From: Raillietiella orientalis
Taxonomy: Eukaryota
Assembly (NCBI GenBank): GCA_036172245.1
Contig: JAYWIR010000094.1
Location: forward strand, 124,001 to 188,000
DNA: 64,000 nt
Direction: 5' to 3'
A program made the translations under genes and the position numbers. The notes under the pieces were generated by a model. That model was not told the origin of the DNA. It saw only the letters and a list, made by a program, of their open reading frames with translations, and did no database searches. Positions 50,311 through 61,356 of this stretch are shown in pieces (positions within the stretch are counted from its first letter, which is position 1; the number at the start of each line of letters is the position of its first letter).

Positions 50311-53300
50311 ATCGCGACGGCGCGCGTCACCATGAACGACCGGAGGCTGATGCCTTCGCAGATCATCCTTGGTGACGTCGTTGTCTATCTCCGGTTTGCC
50401 GGGCAAACCCCCGCTTGCGGCAACTGTGGGAAGGAGGGCCACCATCCACGGAAGTGCCCAACACGCAGTTGCCGATACTGTAAGCTGCTTGGCCACTCGA
50501 TTACCAAGTGCGCCGAGCTAAAACGAAAGAGGAGGCCGAGAAACCTTCCCGCAACATCGCCGTCCGCGCCGACTCCATCCGCCCCGTCGTCGGAGAAGAA
50601 ATCCGGCGCGAACAAGGTTCTGCAGCTGACAAGCACAATTTCCGATCGCGCGGGCGTGTCTGGGAGCAATGCTCCTCAAAAGTCCACGAAAAAGGACAAA
50701 AAGCTACTCCAAGCTGCTAAAAACAAGCCCCGAGCAAAGCATTCTGGAAAAAACCTCGGGCAGACTGCAAAACCGCCGCTTCCGTCCGCTCTCGTTCTCG
50801 AGGGAAATAGCAGTGGCACGTTAGTGAAGTCCACCGGAGCTACAAAAAAGGGTTCGCGCGCCCATTTACCCGCGACAGGCAAGTTGGCCACGGCGGGCCT
50901 TACGCCAGCAAAATATGAAACTTCTCGCGCGACCCCCGAGAATCCCGCCACTCTGCCCGCACCTTCCGGTAAGGAGGTGCCGAAGGCAGACGTGGCGAAG
51001 GAGACACTGGCCTCCATCGCCGTATCCGAGACCTTGGAAAGGATGGGAAGGACCTTGGAAGCCCTCACGTCCAGCCGAGGCAAACAGGAAGGCGGCGCGG
51101 ATGACTGGACCTTCGTCGGGGGAAAGAAGGAGCGCAAACCGTGCGAACCTTTCCACTCCCCGTTCAAAAAGGTAGGCGGAGTGCAGAGGCAGCCCCAAAC
51201 GCCCAGAAAGGCCCAGGGAAAAGCCTCTGCTGCCGCCGCGCGCGCCACGGCAAACACCCGCGGCAAGAGGGGAGCTGCCGAAGCCGTGACCCCGAAAGGG
51301 GGATCGGCGACGAAGGCACCCTCTAAGAGTGCTGCACCAGCTTCGGGCTGCCAGCAAAAAAAGAGGCAGGCGAAACGCCCGCCGCGCGCGCGGAATTCGG
51401 ACTCCGAGGTGGAGTCTGACGGCAGCGCTAAGGCTCGCCAAGCCCCGGTCAAGGCCAGGGCTGCGCGCAACCCAAAACTTGCCAGGCAAGAGCCTGATTT
51501 TGGGAACGGTACCCGATGCTCCTCGGAGCCCGAGACAATAATCCTGAAGTCCACCGAGCCAGACGGGAGCGGCGCGGCAAGGACAGGAAGCGCTTGCGCT
51601 ACCTCATCCGCCGTGCTCCCGGCTGATGCCTCGCCGGACGGGGCGAGGAACGCACCTCCATGTCCGTAGCATCAATACGCGGTCTGGCTTCTTCCCTTCG
51701 CGTCCGAGTGGCCTGTTGGAACGTCAACGGGCTGCAGGACAACGAGAAGAGGCGATTGGTTGCCAACGTCTTGCGCGACTTCGATCTGGCCCTGCTGCAG
51801 GAGATTCACGCACTCTCCGAGCAGCAAGCGGCCGATTTGCAAGTTCGCGCAGGCGGGATGCTCCATTGGAGGTCAGGCTCCCAGAATACCTGCGGAGTCG
51901 CATTCCTTGTCCGGGTCAGGGTGGCGGGAGCGGTGCGGAGCGTTTGTTTCGACGAGGAAGGTCGTGTGGGCCAACTTGTTCTCAAGTGGTCCGAATCGAT
52001 CAACCTTGTCGTCACGAACGTGTACGCGCCGAGCGACTTCGCGCGTCGCACCGAGAAACTGGAGTTTTTCGATAGACTGCGCGACCGCTGGCTCAGCAAC
52101 TCCGGCCCCGACGTGGCTCACCTCGTAGCCGGGGACTTCAACGTCCACGCGCTATCGGAGGAGTCTCACCGTCGCCGGGAGAAACAGCTGGTGAACTACG
52201 TGTGCGCGTCCGTGCACAACTCGAATTTGCTGGCCGACGATCCCGGGATGCGTGCTTTGCCGGACCATGCGTTCCTCGAAGATCACCTGCATTGTCGGGT
52301 GGGTCGAAGAGGTCCCGTGCCGTCAGAGCTTTCCGACCACCACAGGCTGGAGTTGGAGTTACTCCCGCCTGGCAAGGGCCCTCCGACGCACGTCTAAAGG
52401 TTGCCGGCAGACAAGTTAAGAAATCCAGTGCCTGCGGAGCACCTCCGCCAGCATCTCCGGACCTTGGCCGTTCAAGAGCTCGTGGACTGGGACGATCTGA
52501 AAAGATCGGTGCGCGAGTTCTGCATCCGGTTCCCCTTGCGCCTGCTTCCCCGTGGCTTCGGGGAAGGCGTGGCCAACAGCAGAGTGTTTCTGCAGGTCCG
52601 CCAATTCTCCCGATGCCCGGACGTCTGGTACCTTGCGGAGTACAAGGCCAAGGCCGAGCGCCACGCGTGGCAGTCAGGAGCGGCTTGTCTGCTCGACGAC
52701 CAGGGCCTGGAGTGCTAGGGCGCGGCCGACGTTCGCCGCCTCCTAAAGCGCTACTACTCCTCGTTGTATGCTAGGAAGTCGACGGAACACAGTCTCTCGG
52801 AGCTGCTTCTGCCGGCAAATTCCCCTGCGGTCGACGAGGAGGAACGCGCCACTCTTGACTTGCCCTTCACGGCGGAAGAAGTGTCTTCCGCCATAGCGGG
52901 CCTCAAGAAGCTCAAGGCGCCAGGTGAGGATGGTCTGCCTGCGGATTTCTTCCAGTGCTGAGCGGCGAAACTCATCCCCCTGGTGCTAAGCCTTTCCTCG
53001 CTGATGCGGTATACGGGCAATGTACCGGCCTCGTTTCGCTCAGCAAGGGTGCGTCTCTTGCCGAAAGGCGGAGACATGCGCCATTTAAGCAACTGACGTC
53101 CCATCACCTTGGAGAATTCGGACGTGAAGTTGTTCTCCAGGTTCTGGTTCGCGCACCTAGGCAGGATCGCTGGATCCGTGGTAAGTCCGGAGCAGTCTTA
53201 CGTTGTTCCTGGGCGGTAAATGGAGGCGAATCTGTTCTTCGCGCACATGGCTCGAGCTGCAACGTTGCGTAGCGCACGACAGCCAGGCAACCGCATCTGC

Positions 53301-55462
53301 GGCTGCCAGGGCTAGGTGTTGCTGCATTCAGCCTGAGGAAGCGCCGGGTGCCTTGGCGGTCGCAGTTGATCTCCGCAAGGCGTTCGATTGCGTAAATCAG
53401 GATCTCCTGCTGGAGCTCCTGGAACGCCTCGGTCTCCCAGTGCACCTCGTGGCGTATTTGCACGCTTGCTGGCGCCACGCGCTCATTTCCATCTCTTTCA
53501 GCGGCTGCCACGTGTACTGCGTGCCGGTGCAGCGGGGAATCAGGCAGGGCGACACTTTAAGCCCGTTGCTCTTCAGCATCTTCTTTCAGTTGGTGCTGAG
53601 GGCGTACAGGCTGACGCTGGCCAACCTGCCGAGCCTTTGTCCACGAACGCCGTTCGTGGCGGCTCATGCTGACGACCTGCTTCTCCTCTTACCCATGACC
53701 ACCCTGGCGTCCAGTCTCGAAAATTTTTTCGAGCTGATCCGCCGGAGAGCGGGCATGAGCATAAACAGGAGCAAGAGCGTGGTCGTACCTATTGGTGCGG
53801 CGTAGGAAGGGCAGTCCGACTGGATCCGCCTGGGGATCCCGACCGCTTCGTCCACCCAATTTCTGGGCGTTCCGCTGGATAACATCAGCCCAGTGGAAGT
53901 GTGGTCGGACTGCCTTCGGAAGGGTACGAGTGCGCTGAGCCCGTTCCACCATGGCAGGTTCCTCCTGTCGAAGCGGGCCGTGATATGGAACACCTTCGTC
54001 GCCCCCCTCTTGCGCTCTTAGTTTTTTGTTTGGCCGTCCCCCTACTCGGCGAAGCTCCAGGCGCACAGCCTGTTGAGGAACGCTCTGTGGGGTCCTGCGA
54101 GTTCCAGAATCCGCCTGAAAGACTTGGCGGCTCCACGTCCGGATGCTGGCTTAGGCATCCTGACGCTGGAGAGAATCGAGCTGCAGGTGCAGCTTCGAAT
54201 GTTGGCCCTGTGCGCCAACCTTTGGTCCACTCCGTGGTGCGCTCCAGCGCGCCTGCTCCTGCGGCGTTGCACCAGCAGCGACGGACTTCTGTCGCTGCGT
54301 CCGCACACGAAGCACCCCACGACAAGTTTCCGTTACCCCTTGAAACCCCTCTACCGGCTCCTGGCAGCCCAAGAATGGATCTCCTGCCGCCCAACGAACT
54401 ATGAAGCCTGGTGGCAGGAACCGTTGCATGGCTGGGCAAAGCACCAGGATGTTACCCTTCTGGAACTCCGTTGCGTTCACCTCTTCCCGTACTGCACGGT
54501 GGATGAGGTCTGCAGCAGCCAGGGGAAGTGGACCGGCCTGGCCCTCACCCCCCTCGCCGACGCACTCTCAGCCCTCAGGGCAAGGGATCACAGCTGCGAA
54601 CCGGCGAGATGGCAGGTCGCCTGCACCATCGAAGGAACAACACGACCTATTGGCAGCTGGAGGACTTGCAAGCTGGCAGACGCCGCCACGCCTCGCCACA
54701 TCTCGAAGGGACTCCTTCGGTGGAGTGAACACTTGAGTGTGCCTCCTGAAGAACTTGTGGTCCCTCCCTCCTGTTTGAACACTCCTGTGTTTTTCCTTTC
54801 GTGGAAGCAGGACGTCATCATGCTGGTGCATTGGGGTTTTCACTCCAGCCAGCGGACGGACCGTGTTTCCGGGGGAGTTCTCTCCCCAAACTGTAAGCGG
54901 TGCGAGGAAGTATAAACGCTCCGGCACCTGCTCCTAAACTGCGGTGCCCTTCTAGGACTCTGGCGAAGGCTGGCCTCAGCCTTTCTGCACCAGGGGGACA
55001 CCGCGAGGGACTTCATGCGCCGCTTCTTCACGCCAGGCGGACTGTCTTTGTGTGCTGTCGTTGCAACCGTGTGTTGCACCCGCGCTATGGACAAGGCCCA
55101 CCGAGAGTTGAAGAAGCTGGTCATCGTTCGTCAGCCCACCGGAATAGCCAGCGCAAGCATGTCGTCGGCTGTCGAGTGGGCCCATCTGCCACAAGACGTA
55201 AGGAGAGATATCGCTATCATCCATCGCCGGTTTTCAAAGGAAGGAATGGACTCACCAAAGACCTCTGTCCCCTGTCCTCCATATTTTTCTTTTATTTTTT
55301 TATAGTAGTGTATTTGTGGTCCCCTCCCTCCCGTTCCGGACTTTCAGCATACCGACCTGCGTGTCAGGGATCCCACCACCTCCGTATATTGTTTTTCCCC
55401 TTTGTCCGGGAACTCTGCTCCCGGATGGTTTGTAATAAACGCCCCGGCGGACCCGGGTGACA
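50311..55462 (+). mobile_element. Most complete family A copy: ORF1 (5'-truncated, to 51669), ORF2 51660-~55300 with several stops
   Basis: CGNCGKEGHHPRKC/CRYCKLLGHSITKC; full APE motif set; DLRKAFD, QGDTLSP, HADD; CKRCEE. Confidence 0.93.
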
Positions 55463-55980
55463 AATAGCCGCCCTCCGAATATTCGTTCGATCTCTTGCGC
55501 TTGTTTTAAAGAGATCACGTGGATTTCCAGCAGCAGTGCAAGTTTGAAGAAATAAAGAAGGGTGGCCATGTCCCGTCTCCTGCCGGTGTCTGTCATGTTG
55601 TTTACGTTCCAAACAACGATGCGCAGACAACGTAGGAAGAAGATTCCCGGCATTAGTGCTGGGAAGATAAAGGTTTGGAGTAGCCAGCCTCTTGCGGAGC
55701 GGGCAGGATGTCCATGGGGGTTTCGTCCTTCTCAGGCACCTGGGGCACCTGTTCGGCTTACGACCCCTCCATCCCTTTCGTGTCCGCGCGTGAAAGTCTC
55801 TCGGGCGACGTGTCCCGCGAGTTTCCCACGTTCATGGCACCCTCGCTTGCGGAAGCTAAGATGACGGACGGGAGTCGATGACATACGTCGCCGCCGTCTC
55901 GCGCGCCTCGCTGTTGACAGAGTGAACAGAGGGGCTGTGGTCGCTAGCGGCGAGTTTTTTCTCGCAGCGGTCGGGAATAC
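55463..55980 (-). mobile_element. Family A ORF1 end and APE N-terminus
   Basis: TAATG junction at 55651-55655; VWNVNN...LLLEIH...GGRL. Confidence 0.85.
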
Positions 55981-57680
55981 GTTTCACTCTAACACCTGCA
56001 CGGTCGTGTTCTGCGTTGCTCTTCGAGAGTGATTCCTTTCCGTCTTCTTGTGTGTGTACTACCCGAGTGGGTCCACTGGAATGTCCACGTAGCCCGTACA
56101 GCTAAAGATGGATGTGAAGGCTACTACTGGCAATGGAGACTTTACTCCAGATGCCCGGTCCGCCTCTGATTCTTGTGTCTCGTCACCGGCGAGAAGCTTC
56201 GCCGCCGTCGTCAAGGCGGCGGCAGCCAACGGAGCACCGCCCGACGAAGCGGAGCTGCAGGCATATGCAGCCCACGGCTACAAGCCTGCGCTCTGCTATC
56301 TGGTGAGTGCTGCTATCTCCGACGGGGTCGGAGAAAATAAATGGGACGAGCTTTTGCGCGTAAGGGTCCGACAGGACGACCTCCTGTCAGTCATGCCGGT
56401 TAACGCGCTCCGACATTGGGAGGTGCACTGCAAAGAGACATACCTAGTTCAGCGCTTTCTCCGAACCTCGCTAAACATACGCTGGAAGGAAGTCGTTCCG
56501 TCGGCAATAGACCTGTCGTTCGTGTTCCAATTGTCCGCCGTCCAGATGGACACGCCCAATCGCGTACTCGTCGGTGCACTTAGTGCATTCGCCACGGTGC
56601 ACGCGCAGTGGGGAGCAGACAATTTGATCAAAAGGATTGCATCTCTCCACAGCGGACTTCTCATGGCGGATGTCACTATGGCGGATAGGAGGCAAATGCC
56701 TCTGCACATGCAGGTGGGGAATGCGATCGTCCACCTCAAATTTGCTGGTCAGCGACCGGCTTGCGGAATTTGCGGTGCAGAGCGCCACCGTCCGTATACG
56801 TGCCCTTCACGCAACTGCCGCTATTGTAAACAGCTCGGCCACTCCATCAAAGAGTGCGCCGTGCTGAAGAGAAAGCGTCAGGCAGAAAGCCGCCAACAAT
56901 CTACCCCGTCCACGCCAAAAAGATCCCCTGTTGTGCCACGAGAGAAATTGGGCGCGAAGGGCAAGGCAACTTCCAGTGGCGATCCCGCGAAAAAAGGTGG
57001 GGTTGCTTCAGGGAAGCCACCATCCCAGACAGCCGCGCAGACGGGAAAGATGCCACGTCGCCCTGGAGGCAAATCGCCCTCTTCAAAGCAGCCCAACAGT
57101 GCGGGCACGCACTCGCTGAATGCTGCTAAACCGTCCGCGTACGCTTCCGCGTCCAGAGAAACACACGGGAAACCGTGCGCGGGCACCCAGGGAGCTGCCT
57201 CTGAACGGCAGTCTCCTCCTACGGTGGCGGAGATCACGTCTTCCACGTTGAAGGCACGAGCAGCGAAGGCTGCTATAGCGCCTCGCGAGACGACGGCAAT
57301 GACCGTCGTTTCGCCCGCATCGGCTGGGGAGCAGGTGCAGTGCGTAACGGGGACGGAGCCGTCTCCCGCCGCGAGCGCGAAACGTGAGCCGGCATCTCCG
57401 GCCAAACAATTGAGGAGGGCGTCGGCCTCCCAGGAGGGCGTCCCCGATGCGGGCTGGACTCGCTTCTCCAGGACGGTTCTCCTTGCAGCTGCTACCCCGC
57501 AGCTTCGGAGAGGGTGTCGCGAACAGCAGATCCTTTTTGTATGCGCGTACCTTCTCCTGATGCCCGGACGTCAGGCGTCTGGCGGAGTACAAGGCCAGGG
57601 CCGAGAGCCAGGTTTTGCAGTCTGGTGTGGTTTGTCTTCTCGATGACGCTGGCCATGAATGCTTGGCTGCAGCCGACGTT
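55981..57680 (+). mobile_element. Family A 5'UTR and ORF1 (ATG 56108) joined at ~57470 to the APE-RT linker
   Basis: CGICGAERHRPYTC/CRYCKQLGHSIKEC; then LQLLPRSFGEGVANSR...AADV in another frame. Confidence 0.88.
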
Positions 57681-60665
57681 TGTCACTTGGATATGCCGGG
57701 GCATTTATCATTCTAATTATTTACAAAAATTAGATAATAAAGTCTTTAAAAAAATGTTTTCTGTAGGAAAACACTGGGTTCTCCCACCATGCTCGACGTG
57801 TCGGTTGCCGGTGCATAGACCGGTTAGGTCCATTTCCGAGGTGCATGGGAAGGGAAAACTAGAACAAAAACAAACAAAAAAAAAGATGTTGGCGAGGGAA
57901 ACAGTTATATGGGGAGAGAGGGGGGCAGGGAAGGAATCACTGGGCGCCTGGGTCGGTCCTCCGCATCCTGTGAAGGATGCAGTCAAGTTCGGTTTTTATT
58001 GTGAAATGTAAACGCCACCTTGTCGCCGTCTCTAAAGAGATCGTCGTCCAGTGGATGACGTCCCTGCATCTTGGGCCTCTTCTTCTGGCGTGCCACCTTT
58101 GCACAATGCCGCGCACGCAGCAGAAGACTGCTAGAGACGCAGCGGGGCGCAGGCCATCACTCAGAATGAGGCGACGTTAAATTTCCTTAGGGTCGGCTAC
58201 TGGAAGATGGAGGATTGGGGCGATTCGACACCAGAGTCCATCCAGGGCGACACATTCGAGGATGAGAAGCGGGAAGGTTTCTCTTTCTCCGCACTCGACA
58301 CAGCGGGCATCCACATTCCTCAGTCTACAGTGAGACAGGCGTGCTCTCCTTAATAGTCCTTAGTGCAGAAATAGCAACGCCGTATCCTGCCACTTCAACA
58401 AGAGTGTGCCGCAGTCCCTACACGCTGGGGGTCACTTCACCTCCTCAAGAGGTATTGCGAGCAGCTCTTCCTAGCGCGCCAGTCCGTGAGGCGGGACGCT
58501 CGGGGTGGCAGCGTCTGTGAGATCCCGAGTCGTCCACACCTTTAAAGGTTTTTTCCAGCCTCTGATGAGGCAGGACACTTCCCACGATGCCCGCTCGTTG
58601 CTGCTCCTAGTGTTATTCAGAGAGGACAGAACGGGGGCAAGGGGGCTGAAAGAAGCCCACAGAAACTTCCGGGATGTGTTGCCAATATCCTGCATCGGCT
58701 GTCGAGCGTGCGGTCCTCGTCGTAGGCAGTTGTATTCCACCTCGCTCGTGCCGTTGATCTTAGCCCACGTGAAAGCTCACTCCTGAAGCCAGGCAGTGCA
58801 GTTCACGGGGAGGCAGAAGATCCAGGTATTCTCCCTCATCAGGGCGACCATCTGGCGCAAATAAAGGCTGTAACAGCTGGAGAGGCTGCGCTGGTAGGCC
58901 ACGAGAATCGAGGACAATCCTTCGCAACCGGTCGCTCTTCTGGCGAGGAGCCGTGCCGGATCGCATCATGGCGTCATCCATAAGCTAGCCGCAAGTGCTA
59001 ACTTTCGAATTGTTGTTTGAAGTTGGATGCGCTCCAACGTGAGGAGGCCCAAGCCACCATCCCAGCGTGAAGCGCACAAGTCTTTCACTCGGACTAGCGA
59101 CCGAGCTGTGCCACAAAGGGCAGTCTTCAGGAGGGCTTCGGTCTGTCTGTGTATGATGGGAGGGGCGATGCAAACAAAAAGTAAGGGGCGAAGGAGGGGG
59201 GCCGCGAACGCATTTCACACCGCGGCCCGCTCCTGCAAGAAGAACTTGACGTTCCGGAACGGGCCGATCGCCAACTTTACCTTTGGGAGACGATGGCACC
59301 ACGCTTCTGCAACGCAGAAGTCCCCCAACAGAACGCCATGGCACTTGAAGCACCTGCCTGTGGGGATGCCCAAGCGGATCCAGTCCGGCCGTCCGGCCAA
59401 CGCCGTATTGTTTAAAAGTAGTAGTGATGTTGGAACGATGGAAAATTTCTCTCTGTTCATCTCAAGGCCCGTCCCGCGGCGCAGCAACTCAAAGAAACCT
59501 TCGAGCGCACTCGCCGGGGTGGACCCGGGGAGCAGGAGCAGAAGGTCGTCGGCTTAGGACGACACGGCAGGCGTGCCGAAACACGAGCTAAGCAGGGTTG
59601 CCAGAGTCTCCCTGTATGCGCTCGGCACCAGCTTGAAGTAGATGCTGAAGAGCAAGGGGCTCAGAATGTCACCCTGCCTTATGCCACGGCGAACCGGCAC
59701 GCCGTACACGTGCCTGCCGCTGAAAGAGATGTTTATTAGAGCGAAGCGCTAGCAGGAGCGCAGGTAAGCCCGGAAGACGGCCGGGAATCCCAAGCGTTCC
59801 AGGAGTTCCAGAAGGAGTTCCTGGTCGACGCAATCGAACGATTTACGCAGATCGACTGCGACCGCAAGGGCACCGGGCGCAGCTCTTCCATGAAGGGCGT
59901 CCCCTTCATGGTCAGAAGAGAATCCAGGATTCTCTTGAACTTTCTGGTCTTCGCTTTGTTGCAACTGCCACCATGTACTGGCGAAAAACAGGTTGGCCTC
60001 CATGCTTCGTCCGGGAACAGCGTATGTCTGCTCCGGACTCACCACGGATTCCGCCACTCGTCCCAGTCGCTCAGCCCAAAGCTTGGCAAGCAACTTCGCA
60101 TCCGCATTCACTACTGTGATAGGACGCCAGTTGCCTACGTTGCGATTGTCTCCTCCTTTCGGCAGGAGACGTATTCTAGCTGACCGGAACGATTTTGGGA
60201 CGTCCCCTTGTTCTCGGATCAGCATGCAAAGCCGATGCACCAGGGGGGCCAGCTCCGCCACGAAGCCTTGGTAGAACTCCGCGGGCAGTTCGTCTTCCCC
60301 TGGTGCTTTCCTCTTTCTGAGCTTTCGGATGGCGAAGACGATCTCCGCCATCGAGAAAGCCTTCTCGAGTTGATGTGTCTGCACCTCCTGTAGCGCGTGG
60401 GCGCCTTGCGACAGCAAGCGATGCGCTATGTTGTTCTACGCGCGTACAAGGAGGAGTAATTGTGCCGCAGTATGCGGTTCCCTTTCGCCGGAGCTGAGCA
60501 TTCCTGGCCTTGGGCGTCCAGCATGCTTTCCGACCCGGATTGCCAGGTCTGTCGCTCAGCCCCAGCTTTATACTCCACCAGGCGTCGAACGCCGAGAGTC
60601 CTAGAGTAGAGACGGGCGTGTTGGTATGCCCGGTCGTCCCTCAGTCCTTCGCCGAAACCTGGACT
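57681..60665 (-). mobile_element. Family A ORF2 (linker, RT, C-terminus) and 3'UTR
   Basis: KAPGEDE, WRPITVVN, DLRKSFD; end GATAAATGCCCCGGCATATCCAAGTGACA. Confidence 0.9.
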
Positions 60666-60667
60666 AA

Positions 60668-61356
60668 CGATGCGGCGCCCGCAACACTTGTGGGGTAGCG
60701 TTCTTCCTAAAGCCAGCCATTAACGCGGCCGTGAAGGGCCTGCGCTTTAGGGACGACGGACGGATCGGCAAATGGATTCTCAGATGGTCCAATTCGATCG
60801 AGCTCATCGTCACCAATGTGTACGTTCCTAGCGGTAAACAAGGATACCAGCAGCGCAACGCGTTACTGGAAACCTTGAAGCGCGAATGGCTGGTGGACGC
60901 GGACGTGCGGAAGGCGCATTTGATAGCAGGGGATTTCAACGTCCGTCTGCTCTCAGATCAGCCCGGAGCACAGGGTAACGCGATCAACGAGTTGTGCGCC
61001 GCCAAGCGCGCGCGCAACTTGTTGACAGAAATAAGCGGGATGGTCCGCAGCGTGAACCACGTCTTCCTCGACGAAGACCTGTGCACACGGGTCGGAAAAC
61101 GAGGGACGCTTGGATCGACGCTTTCGGACCATTCCCGGTTATTATTCAAGATGCGCCCGCGCGACAAGGGACCGCCATTTAGGGATTGGCGTCTGCCAGG
61201 GGACTGGACGCGCCTGTCAGGAGCGAAAGAAAATCTTCGCGAATTCCTGCGAGGCGTCACCCTCCAGAGTCTCGCAGATTGGGAACTATGTAAGGACTCG
61301 GCCCAAGAGTTCTGCGAACAGTTCCCTGTGCAACGTCTGCCCCGGGGATTCGGCAC
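60668..61356 (+). mobile_element. Family A APE fragment
   Basis: RCGARNTCGVAF, AGDFN, LSDH, ends at LPRGFG. Confidence 0.88.

Noticed and set aside
57460..57646. C-terminal tail of the 512-aa ORF
   Set aside because: Out-of-frame read-through across a deletion junction into the APE-RT linker
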